This document shows positions 49,582-61,971 of a stretch of 64,000 nucleotides of DNA, in pieces. The first letter of the stretch is position 1. Every line of letters begins with the position of its first letter. The position numbers were made by a program, and so were the translations under genes. The notes beneath the pieces were generated by a model. The model did no database searches, was not told the origin of the DNA, and worked only from the letters and a program-made list of their open reading frames with translations. Source of the DNA: Bispira polyomma (Eukaryota); contig OZ287752.1 of NCBI GenBank assembly GCA_965649765.1, forward strand, positions 52,576,001 through 52,640,000, read 5' to 3'.

Positions 49582-50115
49582 TGTTTGTAGATAGTTTAAT
49601 TGATTAACTCATTTATAAGAAATAATATGTGGCTTTTCCTTCACACGTCGGTTTGATGTTTTTATAGATATTATCGTACAAGCTGATGTTAAAACGTGGA
49701 AGCCTAAAGGCAGGGTAGTTCAAAAGTTTGTTTCGAGTCTTTGGTGTGTAGTGGGGCGTGCTGCATTTCTGTGTGATTTACAGGTTAACTGAAGTAGTGT
49801 TAGTTAGTATACATCTCGTTTACCATCTTGAGTGAGGGTAAATGGGCTGGTGGTACTAAGATATTCAACTTCAGGTTAATTGGTGATATCAAGGGTATAT
49901 CATTGTACTGGTTAGGAAATCAGTGGAATCTGTGGTATCAAGGGTATATCACTGTATTGGTTAGAAAGCCAATGTGTAGACAAGATTAGCTTAGCAGTTT
50001 ACTGAACTATAGTAGTAACTAGTAGTTGTAAACAGTGTTGTAGCTGTGGTCTGTTTGGTAGTTTGTGTAATTCAGGTAGTTTGGTCTGTGTCCTTTATTT
50101 GTGAAAAGTTTAAAA

Positions 50116-53100
50116 ATGGACAAACTAGTTGAAGTAGGTAAACAGATGGGTTTAGAAGGGCAGTCTTTACAGACTTTTGTGTTGGAACAGCAAGATAGGG
50201 AGAGGGAACAGCAAGATAGAGAGAGGGCAGAAAGAGTAGATAGAAGGGAACATGAGAAAGTACCTAAGGATGCAGAGTTAAGAGTTAAGGAGGCAGAGTT
50301 GGAGATAGCTAGACTTAATTCTACTTCCCAGGTTAGACCAGGTCAAGGTGTGGTCAGAGCCAGCTTCCCCAAACTTTCCCCCTTTGTTGAAAATAAGGAC
50401 GATATGGATTCCTTTCTATTTCGTTTTGAGAAGTATGCGGCCGCTCAAAGTCTAAAACCTGAAGATTGGGCAATGAGTCTTAGCGCGTTACTTTCAGGAA
50501 CAGCATTAGAAGTTTATCGTAGGCTAGGAAAAGAGGACAGTGACAGCTTTGATAAACTAAAAAAGGCACTTCTCAAGAGATATGAGCTTACTGAGGAAGG
50601 CTTTAGAGCAAAGTTTAGGACATCCAGAATAGAAAAAGGTGAGACCCCAACCCAGTTTGTTGATAGGTTAGCCAATTACCTTGAGAGGTGGATTGAATTT
50701 GGAGAAGTCTCCAAGAGTTTTGATAAGTTATCTGATCTCATGTTGAGAGAACAGTTTGTCTCCAATTGTAGTAAACCATTAGCTGTGTTCCTTAAAGAAA
50801 GAACTCCTAAAACTTCGAAGGAAATGGCTTACTTAGCAGAACAGTATGTTGAGGCCCATGGTGAACAAAACTGTCTCATAAAAGAGTCAACTCCAGTAAA
50901 ACGCGTATCTAATGATAGGGATAGTTTAAGGTTTGTCTCCAAGGGGAAAACAAGACCCAATGTCTTTGACAAGATCTGTTACAGATGTGGTAAGAAGGGT
51001 CATATGAAGAGAGATTGTAGAGTTAAGATCCAAACTGCTGGTGCAGTTAAACAAAGCTATGGGGCTAGTTCAGAATCTGAACAGCAGGAAACGGGAGCAA
51101 CTTGTATCATGCGTTTGTTGTCTGAGAGTATAACAGGTGATCAATTGGAACTCGCTTCAGGTAAGTCCATTACTATAGTTAGTGCGTGTGAGCAAAGCAT
51201 TGGTTAAAAAAACTACAACTTACCAGTATTTAAGGGTGTAGTGAGTGATGTGACTGTAGATACTTTGAGGGATAGTGGTTGTACCGGTGTTGTGGTGCAA
51301 TCAAGCCTTGTGAAACCAGAACAGTTTACAGGGAAGGTCTTTTTATGTGTACTTATTGACGGGACTGTGAGGAAGTTTCCCATTGCCAAAGTACATATAG
51401 ACACTCCTTTCTATGTAGGTGAAGTTGAGGCTATGATTATGGAGAAACCCATCTACCCGCTAGTGTTGGGAAATATACCTGGTATTAGAGATGTCAATGA
51501 TCCAAACCCTGATTGGTATAGTGCTTCTGAGGAGGTGGCAACTAATACTGAAAAGGTAGCAGTAATGACCAGGGCCCAAACTGAAAGGGAGAAAAAACCC
51601 ATAGGTCCATTAAAGGTTCCATCTGAGATTGACTTAGGTTTAACATCTGAGGAATTTAAACAAGAGCAGTTGAATGATTCAAGTCTTAGTTCTGTGTGGG
51701 ATTTAGCGGCAGAAAACAAATCTGTAAAGATAAGGGGTGGTAACCAAGTAAACTATTCAGTCCAAAAGGGTTTCTTATATCGAGAATTTCATCCCAGAAA
51801 TAAACAGAAACCTGTGAAACAACTTCTAGTGCCCCAAAGGTTAAGAACTAAGATACTTAAATTGGCTCATGAAACTCTGATGAGTGGTCATTTAGGTATG
51901 AAGAAAACCTTAGACAGAATTATGTGTAGTTTCTTCTGGCCAGGCTTACAAAGTGATGCTAATTTGTTCTGTAGATCTTGTGATCTATGTCAGAGAACCA
52001 CCCCAAAGGGCAGGGTATCCCCCGTTCCCTTAAATAAAATGCCACTTATTGACACACCGTTTCAAAGGGTAGCAATAGATTTGGTTGGTCCATTTACCCC
52101 AGTCACTGAGCGTGGTCATCGCTATATACTTACCATGGTTGACTATGCTATTAGGTACCCGGAAGCCGTTGCTCTTCCCACCATAGAGACCGAACGTGTT
52201 GCAGAAGGCCTTATAGAAATGTTTTCCAGAGTGGGAATACCAAGTGAGATCTTGAGTGACAGAGGTTCTCAGTTTACCTCACAGTTGATGCAGGAGGTGA
52301 ATAGACTACTTAGTGTTAAGCAATTGCTTACTACTCCTTACCACCCACAATGCAACGGTCTTGTGGAAAAGTTCCATTTTGTGTTGAAATCTATGTTGCG
52401 GAAATTATGTTCTGAGCGACCTCGGGATTGGGATAGGTATCTCCCTGCTGTACTTTTTGCATATAGAGAGGTTCCTCAAGCTAGTACAGGTTTTGCCCCG
52501 TTTGAACTCTTATATGGAAGAACGGTGAGAGGTCCTATGCGTATCCTTAAAGAGTTATGGTCAGGTGAGTTTGACTCAGATGAAACCAAAACCACATATC
52601 AGTACATAGTGGATTTAAGAGAAAGGTTGGAAAAAACTTGTAAGCTAGCTCAAAGTCAATTAGAGAACGCTCAGCTGAAAGGTAAGTATCACCATGATAA
52701 GAGAAGCAAGAAACGTAAGTTTGAGGTGAAGGACAAAGTGTTATTGTTGTTGCCCACTGAATCAAACAAGCTTTTAGTGAAATGGCAAGGTCCCTATGAA
52801 GTAGTTGAAGCCATTGGTGATGACTATCGAGTCCAGGTTAAGGGCAAGGTAAAAATCTACCATGCAAACCTATTAAAAAAATATCTTCAGCTTCCAAGTA
52901 ACCAAGGTACTAGTAGTGCGATTAGCGTAGTTGCTGAATCATCACTTTTGCAGGTTGTATCTATGGCTGTTATTGAGTCTCAAACAGAAGTGGGAACCGT
53001 CGACGATGATAAGCTGATACATTTCAACTGTCTTGAGCAAACCGAAACATACAAAGATGTAATTGTGAATCCTGATTTATCAGAGGGTCAAGAACAACAA

Positions 53101-54456
53101 GTTTTTAATTTACTTCATGAGTTTAGGGACATATTCTCTGATCTTCCAGGTTCCACCAATTTAGTTGAACATGAGATAGAGTTGGTGAGTGATGAACCAG
53201 TCAGGTTGAAACCATACCCAGTACCATACCACATGCAAAGTGTTGTAGACAATGAAGTTGAAAAGATGCTAAGGATGAATGTTATCAAACCTTGCAATTC
53301 CCCATACGCATCTCCAATTGTTCTAGTTAGGAAAGCTGATGGAACACTCCGTTTCTGCACAGATTATCGGAAGCTCAACCGTTTAACTGTATTTTCCACA
53401 GAACCTATGGTGCAGGCAGATCAGATATTTTGCAAACTAAAAGACAGCAAATGGGTAAGCAAATGTGACATGTCAAAAGGATACTGGCAAATCGCTGTTG
53501 CTAAGTCAAGTCAAGACAAGACTTGCTTTGTAACTCCAGAAGGTTCATACTGTTATCTGAGAATGCCTTTTGGTCTGGTAAATTCAGCAGCCACTTTTAA
53601 CTGGATGATGAGAATCCTTTTGAAGGGATTAAGTAAGTCGGAGAGCTATATAGATGATACAGTGACTCATACTATAGAGTGGGAGGAGCATTTGATTGAA
53701 CTGAGGAAGTTGTTTGAAAGAGTTAGATCTGCAGGATTGACGATGAAACCAACAAAGTGCAAGTTAGGGTTTAGGACGGTAGATTTTCTAGGGCACATTG
53801 TAGGTGAAGGAGAAATCAGTCCCAATCCTGAGAAATTATTTGACATTCAGCAGGCCCCAAGACCTGAGACCAAGAAACAAGTGAGAAGTTTCCTAGGGTT
53901 AATAGGCTTCTATTCAAAGTTTATACCAAATTATAGCACTGTTGCGGCTCCATTAACTGACTTAACTAAAAGAGGTTGCCCAAATAAGGTAGTGTGGGGT
54001 GAAGTCCAAGAAAGAGCATTTAGTGCATTGAAGAAAGTGTTAAGTTGTAATCCTATCCTGAGACTTCCTGATTTGACAAAGGGATTTGTTCTCCAAACAG
54101 ATTCATCTGAAGTAGGTATTGGTGCAATGCTGATACAAGACTGTGATGGTCAAGGGTTTCCTGTGGCTTATGCCAGTAAAAAGTTAACCAAAAGTGAACT
54201 GAATTACTCTGTAATTGAAAAAGAATGTTTGGCTTTGGTTTGGGCAGTCAGAAAATTTCATGTGTACTTGTACGGCAAATAATTCCTTCTGGAAACCGAT
54301 CATCAACCTCTTGTATATTTAAGGAAGTCAAAAATGGAAAATGGTCGGCTTATGAGATGGGCACTGGCTTTGCAACCATACCAGTTTAGGATCAAAGCAA
54401 TAAAAGGTTCACAAAATGTGGGTGCGGATTATCTCAGTAGGATATCATGTATTTGA
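50116..54456 (+). pseudogene. Single-frame gag-pol interrupted by two TAA stops (51205-51207 and 54280-54282)
   Basis: SCAN-like gag, CYRCGKKGHMKRDC knuckle, LRDSGC protease, HHCC plus DDE integrase, GPY motif, YIDD RT, RNase H ending NVGADYLSR; all in one frame. Confidence 0.95.
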
Positions 54457-54530
54457 TCAATTTGTTAGGTGCTATGTATACTTAGTAATATAATTCTAAT
54501 TGTACTCTGATGTCAAAATAGATTTGACTT

Positions 54531-54541
54531 AAGGGGAAGGG
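54531..54541 (+). promoter_or_regulatory. Polypurine tract
   Basis: AAGGGGAAGGG 2 nt before the 3' LTR. Confidence 0.9.
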
Positions 54542-54543
54542 TA

Positions 54544-55996
54544 TGTTACAATTTGAGTTATATGCTTTGGTTACTAGTTAAGCATTCTATATGTGGACAT
54601 TCTGATGTAGTTCATTTATTTCATGGGTGTTTAAAATGTCATATGTGGTGTACAGACTTGAGGTGTATCAGCTGATGTGTATTGGGTACAATATTGTTGA
54701 AGAACTGTCAGTTATAAAAGTTTAGGGTCCAGTCGCATATATGCAGATACACTATACATTATTGGTAATATGTTGTTGAGGAGTAGTTATGACTTTTAAA
54801 CATGTTATTTAGCAGTTGTATTTAATTGTGAGTGTTACGATCACATGTAATTTAGAATTTAGTAGTGTATATTTAGACATTGTGGTTTATCACTCAGGAA
54901 TGATTCTACACAGTGTACATTGAGTTTAAGCTATGCTCTGTTCAGAAACTTTGATTCAATATAGTCTAGGTATTCTGTTGAGCGGTTTTGACACAGGCAT
55001 GCTGTCTAAGGTGTAGAATGCCAAACAGTTTAGTTTAAAAATCAGTGGAGTTTTAGCAGCCAGTGTGGTAGTATTACCGGGGAAGGAAATGTAACTTATA
55101 CTACAGGAGTGTTTGTAAGTAAATTAATACACTTTGGTATATTAGACTTTATGGATATTTCATTGTGATAGTATGTATATGTAATGTTTTACTCCAAATA
55201 TGTAGTTACTGAAAAGTTCATGTTATAAGAACAGCCTATGTAAATATGTATGTCACTTATTAAAGGTCTGTTTAGTTAGGGGTTCATACCTCTATAATAG
55301 AATACTGAAGTCACTTTAGAGTTATATGTATTTTATGAATATAGGTGACAAGTAAAATTACTAACTAATGATGTGTAACTTTCAAAAGTAATTATGTATA
55401 GGTATAGTGAATATTGTTATACTTTATGAACAAGGATACACTTGTATAAATAGTATAGTAAGGATGCTTAATTCTTTACTTTTCAAGCACTGGTGCTGGC
55501 AGTACGCCTGTTATGACTGAACAATTGAGGCTGGTGGTATCATTCATCTTGTTAGTTACCCAGAACAACAGTGTATGGTGATACAGGCAAGATTCAGCAT
55601 GTTATATCGACTCCGCACAATTCTTCACTGGGACTGTGAGTTATGACTGCATAACAACTTTAGTCAAACTGGAACTGACAACAACAACGTTACTGTAATA
55701 CAGCTAACAGCTTGGAAGACATTTCATCAGGAGGACAATAGTCAGGAACTTTGTGAACTATGGTATTGTAACATTATTAAAGGTGTATCCTTGGTGAGAG
55801 TAATTTATTAATAATCTGGTTTTGAACCTATGATGTAAAGAGAGTTTAAATTTAAGATTGAACGCACTTAATGTGAGCCACATGTTATTTTGTCTTATCA
55901 TTGTAATTCTGAATAAATAGCAATAAGCTTAGTAAAGTCAGAACGCTCTTTTACAATCTTACTATCTACAAACCACTATACAATCAAAGCGTAACA
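54544..55996 (+). repeat. 3' LTR (1453 bp)
   Basis: Differs from the 5' LTR by about six substitutions and one 6-bp indel (counted by eye). Confidence 0.97.
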
Positions 55997-56416
55997 ATCG
56001 GACTGATTGATATTCCCATCTGACGGATTGCGCCCCAATCAAACATATTGTGACCCTGTTAGAACTTGAACATGATATGTTTTTTTTACTCGATCTAACT
56101 GGCCAGAGTAGGACAGATCGTATTGATTATAGGATTTGCCACAGAAGCTAAAAGATTGAACGGGGGAATCATATGATCAAACATATAGCCATTAGGTTCT
56201 GACATATTCACTCCCGACTAAAAGGATCAAACTGGCACGTGTCGGGTCATTTTGGGTATAAATACATCCCGGCAGTCCCACACTTTTTGTATTTGGCTTG
56301 ATATACATGTTGTATTTTTATTAGGAAAAGCTTTTCATTGGTTTTAATATATTATATGTCTTGAGTTTAGGGACGATTTTATAGCTTAGGTTTTTTTATT
56401 GCACACATCATTTATA

Positions 56417-57300
56417 ATGCCTAGAGGCAAAAGAGTCAAAAGGAGGAGGATAGAGAAGGGGAGAACTCCACAGTTTGAAGTGGGGTTTCATCTGAGAATT
56501 TAGAGGCCCAGAAGAAAAGATGAGAGGGCTAGCCCAGAGCAGAGTGATTGGGAAAAAGAACAGAGTGACAGAGAGGAGTCAACAGAGTCGTCCCAGTTCC
56601 AGGGGAGAGTGAAGAAGACGGGCAAGATGATCCTTGTGGTCCTAAATGAAACCGATGAAGAGGCAGTAGTGCATTTTGTTAAGGACACAAGGTACTTAAG
56701 GACCGCTCAATGAAGCACAGGCTTTGGGATGGGCTTGCAACTACCCGTGGTCTGAAAGTTACAGACATCAGTACTTGGTTCGAGTCTCGGAGCACCTATT
56801 TTGGCAAGCTGGTCATGAATAAGTGAGGCCAAGCACCCCCAGAGTTCACTGACAGGGATAACTGGTTACTGAGTCGCTTTCTTTCCTGGGGTCACACATC
56901 ATTAGACACGTCAAGACCTCAGCTTTCAAACCCAGTGTCACGTCAACCCAGGGAGCTTTGAAATAGCCACAAAGACAGACCGAGATCCACAATCTGTCCA
57001 GGTGCTCGAGCATTGGCAGAGACAGCACCACACAGACCAGTCTTAGAAATAGTCATAGACCAGCTCCACCCCATCAGGGCTCGGACATCAGCACCCAGCT
57101 GATGAAGCACCTAGGCCAGATGAGAAGTATGATGGCAGGTTTCCCAGTATTTGGCTGCCGAAGCTGAGGAGCTAGATGATGGTGATTTCCAGACTTTTAA
57201 AAATGAGACTTTATTTTTAATCAACAAGACAGAAGTCAGCCACGTAGTGCTCTCACCAGAACCACACCCAGTTACACATAGTCTAAGCCACCTGCAGCGT
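56417..57300 (+). pseudogene. Harbinger accessory Myb/SANT-MADF-like DNA-binding protein
   Basis: Basic N-terminus MPRGKRVKRRR; KHRLWDGLA..ISTWFESRSTYFGKL..TDRDNWLLSRFSFLGSHI; stops and frameshifts. Confidence 0.75.
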
Positions 57301-58199
57301 CATCCTATGTGCCCCAACACCAAGCTGTTTATGTAGATTCACCGTCAATCTCCCAGACTTCACAGACAGCCCAGCTACAGGTCTCACAGGTTGACCTGTT
57401 TTCAGTTTTTCAAGACATTTTAACACAGACTTGCCACCAGATATCGGATATGAACAACTCCAGAGTCCAGCACCCGTTCTGCTTTCAGAACCCAGCCATT
57501 AGCAACAACAGCTTTTTACGCTTTCACTACAATCACCAACCACCACCTTTTCATCACTGCCACAGCCTCTTCCACCTAAATGTTCCAAAATATTATTTGA
57601 CTTGTTTTGTTGAAAATCGTAAACAAACATTACACCATCTCCTCAAAAAATTCCACACACACACGCAGAACTTATGAGCCACTATGAGTTCAAACCTTAA
57701 GTAATAAACCCAAACAAACAAATTACACTGTCCCTACAAAAAACAACAACAAAAAAAAAAACAACAAACAATTCACACACGCATACAGAACTAATAAACC
57801 AGTGGCCCAGAGTTCAAACCCTAAATAAAAAAATAAATGACAGTAAATCAGTGAAAGGCATTGGGTTTGAATCCATTTCGATAAGGTGTTTTTTCTTTAG
57901 TGTGTGTGTTGGAGTCTAAATTTTCATGTTGGGTTCGAAACTTTTATGTTTAAATGGTTGTGTCCAAAATATAACATGTATGGATGTTAGGTTCGAAGTG
58001 TGATTTGTGAGATCTGATTGGGTTAGAGGGTGAGGAGTATCAACAAACAGATTTGTAATTGTTCTCAAAATATTTAGGTTGTCCTACAAAGAACCTTTTG
58101 TTGGTTACGGCTACTGTGACATCTCAGGCTCGGGGTGGCTTCTTATTAGGCTCAGGTGGTTAGGCTCAGGTCAAACTCAGGTCAGACTTTATATTCTGT

Positions 58200-59087
58200 C
58201 ATTCTGCCATGGGACTGCACCCTCATTCATAAAGTAGTTCATTAAAGTGTCTTTCAGCTCTTTCGCCCAGTGCTTTCCTAGAATAAGGTTTAATCAACCA
58301 GGGCATCAGAGCGAAGGCGTCGTCCCCCAGTAGGAAGTAGTTGACATCACGTTTGGATTCTTCATATAGTGGTTCAGGTCTGGGTTGTCCGATGGGTCCA
58401 TCTCCCAATTTTTGTTTCAGTTCCAAATAGTAAACAATTTGAGCGTCCGAGCAGAAACCACTGCAGCCAAGGTCCACCCAAATAATTCTGTAGTCACCTT
58501 CAACCAGGGCTAACAGCACCAGTGAATGCAACCCTTCGTAGTTATAATATTCACTTCCAGCCTTTGGAGGTTTCTTGATGGCTACTTTTTTTCTGTCAAT
58601 GGAAGCTACAGCGTGAGGGATATTTCATATATTTTTGTATACTTCTTCAAGTTTCATCCAGTCTGCGGATCAGATTTTCTGCCTCATATTCTTAATAAAT
58701 GGCCTTGCAGATCTCCGGGACAAACTTGCTAAACATAGAGTTTCCCACACTGAATTGGTATGACAAGGAACCGTAACACTCCCCAGTGGCCAAGTGCCTC
58801 AGGGTGACTGCCACTTTGAGTCCCAGATCTAAGGGCTTTCTGTACCAGGTTGTGTTTCTTTTGACATAGGGTGTGATCCTGTCCTTGATTTCCAGGAATA
58901 GATCTGGAGGCAACCTGAAGGTGTTCCAGTATGCAGGTCTAACCCCTCCCCTTAACTCTGATATTAAGGTAGTGTAATATCCAAGGTTCTCTCTTCTGCC
59001 GATCCAGGGCTTGACCCAGTGGATATTTGACTTTTTTTGAGGCTGGACAAAAAATAACATACTTGCTATCTGGTCGATTACTGGCAT
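58200..59087 (-). pseudogene. Harbinger (HARBI1-like) DDE transposase
   Basis: WVKPWI, KVAVTLRHLATG, PHAVASID, YYNY..HSLVLLALV, GFCSDAQI, LLGDDAFALMPWLIKPY. Confidence 0.9.
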
Positions 59088-59469
59088 GTAACTAAATTTT
59101 CTACTGAATAATTCATGAGTTTAAGGGCTCAAAAGGCAAATATATATATATAGGGTCAGATAGCGTTGCCTTAGCAGTCCCGACTTGGATTTTTAGATAT
59201 TCGATCCTGAGGGACAGGGGTATAGATGCGTCAAATTCTATTGCTGATACGGTCTCATCCTAAGTCAGATCCTATTGTCAATTAGTTCGGTCCTGCAGCC
59301 ACTGGAGGGTTATTACTTCATTACTATCTGAGCCAAACTGTGTTGGACACACCACAATTTGTGCAGGCCAGTCCCTTCAAGACCTCGCAAAAGAGAGTTA
59401 CAGTAATCAAAGCAACTGCTGACCAGGACATTTGCCACCATGGTTGTAGTGCAGGTAGACAAGTACTGT

Positions 59470-59830
59470 CTGAAAGGTGACACCTAGGTTTCTGGCAGTA
59501 TCAGGAGGGTGCAACATGGTGCCGAGAATATTGATTGAGAAATTATCCGCCAGACTATCACATTGTGATTTGGATATAAAAAGAATAAATTTTGTTTTAT
59601 CCGGGTTGAGTTTCAACTTATTGTCAAACATCCCCATTGTCAAGGCAGCTTTTAAAGCTGTTAAATGCAGAAGTTGCAATTCTATTCGATAAATTAACAT
59701 AAAGTTTTCTATCGTCAGCATAGAAATGATACTTGATTGATTTGTACTTGTCAATGACGCAACTCGGGGAACGTGTGTATAAGTAAAAGAAAATCAGACC
59801 CCAAACTGAGCCCTGATGTATACCAAACTC
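59470..59830 (-). mobile_element. L2/CR1-clade RT fragment
   Basis: QGSVWG and NKLKLNPDKTKFILF..ARNLGVTF. Confidence 0.75.
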
Positions 59831-61001
59831 TGACTTAAGGGGCTATGAACGTAAACACACAAATGCGCTAATGAGATATTATGCTGCATTTACAAAATAT
59901 TATCTTAGCCTGTATACTCACTTTGTATGCTTTAAAATGATAGTATACTGGCAATACTAACCATTTTTATATGCACAAACAATTTAAAACTTTTATTTTC
60001 TTATTTTATATAAACGAAGAATACAAAACATCTTTCCATGTAGAATAGTGTAACTTTAACGTTTTTCTAAACTTATACCCATTGTTGTGCCTTTAATAAA
60101 AACAAATTCATTCAAAATAATGCTCATTTTTTTCCTTTTTCTAGTCATGCACATAATTAAGTATTGATTCTTTCTTGGTATGTGAATTGTGTCAGGTTTG
60201 TGAAGCATGTACTTTGAAAATATTACCCATTTTAATTACATTTTTACACACTCTTTTATGCATTGTATGTCTCAAAATACCTTTGAGGAATGACACCTAA
60301 AATATATCAAATAGTAAATAATTATTATATAAGTCATTCTTTATTATTTCTATTCATGAAAATGTAAATACGTCATCCACAAATCGAGTTTAAGGCCACA
60401 AAAAGAAAGTTGTGCAGTTTCTAAGAAGCTCGAACACACATAATGTGGTTATCGGCGATCGTTTTATGCATGCCCCTTAAGCAAATCTGCAGGGTAGCCC
60501 TGTAGGGGATAGCTAGTTCAGTGTTACCAGCTATCAGTATTTTGTTAAACTTACCTGTGGGGTCATAATTCTCGAACCTTGTGCTGATTGGCGAACTCTG
60601 CACTAATTAACCTTACTTTTCCCGCTTCTCTTCAGAAATCTCCACTTGTAATATTGAAGTCAATTAGGCAACAACGCCATTTAAATTTTTTTTTCTTTTT
60701 ACATTTGTACATTTTATATTTTACAAGGATTGTTTGTTGTACACAATATGACACTGATTATTGTACTGGATGGTTTCTCTGGACATGCTACACACTACTG
60801 ACGAGTTTAAGACTGTCTTCCTGTGTTATAACTCATACTTTGAGTCTTGTGATTATATGCTCGCCTGAGTCTTGGTAGAGGGACGTATCAAATCAAAATA
60901 TAATTTGGCTAAGTGTTGGTTTCTAATTATATAACTGTTCCTACTACATATGATCACAGGTATCAAAGCACCGAGTTTTGTTTATTTTATGTAGATAAAA
61001 T

Positions 61002-61971
61002 ATGGCTCCTAGGAAACTATACGAGTGCCTAAGTTGTGGTAATACCCACCAAAAACCTATCAATGATAACTGTAAAGTGACACAACAATTACAAGCGGAA
61101 GCGCAGAACTCTGCTCAGGCTATGAATCGCCAAGCTTCTGCTGATATAAACATGCAAATATTGACTGAGCTACGTGAATTAAGTGGTCGTATGACCAAGG
61201 TAGAGCAGAAGGTAAACCATAGCGAGCATGGAGCCCAGCTCTCGAAAGGGGTTTCGAGTCTGGATAGTGCAGCTCAGCAGGCGTCACCTCCACTAGAAGA
61301 GCTCCTGGTTCCCAAATTCCAGACACTGCGTTCATCACAGTCCCTGCAGTCGGCCGTCGATACTCGCCTCAAGGAACTCGTCACCATGAATGAATCAGGT
61401 ACGTTTAAGTCACAACGTGGGGGTACCGAGACTGTATGGGTAAAGCAGAAAGTTCCATGGCCACAAAGTTTCATATTGGGAGGACAGAACAAGTCCAGAG
61501 TGTCCTATGACTCTTTAACAATGTCGCAATGGGTGGCAGGGTTTGCTAATATAATCAGAGAAGAAAGTAACGTAGACATTAAAAACCAAATGTTAGAATA
61601 CCTCAGTGATCTAATGGAAGACTCTCATGATTTTTCCTGGGCCTCGGCTAAAGGTAGCCACGCAGTCTTGCTCTGTAAAATGGAGGAGGGGAAAATATCA
61701 TGGGAGATGCTCATAAGTTAGACAGGGTCAGACGGGCTCATGCCCAAAGGGTCACAAATCAAAACCAAACTTTGAATCAATCACAAAATAATTCTAGGAA
61801 AGGCCATGAGAGATCCATACCATGTAAATATTTCCAAAAGGGCACTTGCCCTAAAAAGGGTGATCACGAGACCAAAGGTGTCTCATATACCCATGTTTGT
61901 AGTGAATGCTTTCAGAATGGTCGCTCCTATCCTCACCCTGCAAAAGAAAAACTGCTGCAAAAAACGAGTGA
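61002..61971 (+). pseudogene. E6 ORF1, gag-like (frameshifts near 61705 and 61948)
   Basis: ECLSCGNTHQKPINDNC finger, FKSQRGG, FSWASAKGSHAVLLCKMEEG, CKYFQKGTC..H..HVCSEC. Confidence 0.88.

Larger units (their letters stand above)
48115..55996 (+). mobile_element. Gmr1-type Ty3/Gypsy LTR retrotransposon, full length and recent
   Basis: TG..CA LTRs, 5-bp TSD ATCGG (48110-48114 and 55997-56001), PBS, PPT, domain order gag-PR-IN-RT-RH. Confidence 0.97.
46475..59310. mobile_element. Degraded autonomous-type PIF/Harbinger element hosting the Gypsy insertion
   Basis: Convergent MADF-like ORF (+) and transposase (-); termini approximate, no clean TIR pair found. Confidence 0.7.

Noticed and set aside
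51453-53360. Antisense ORFs inside the Gypsy pol
   Set aside because: Shadow ORFs of a long coding frame with no recognisable motifs
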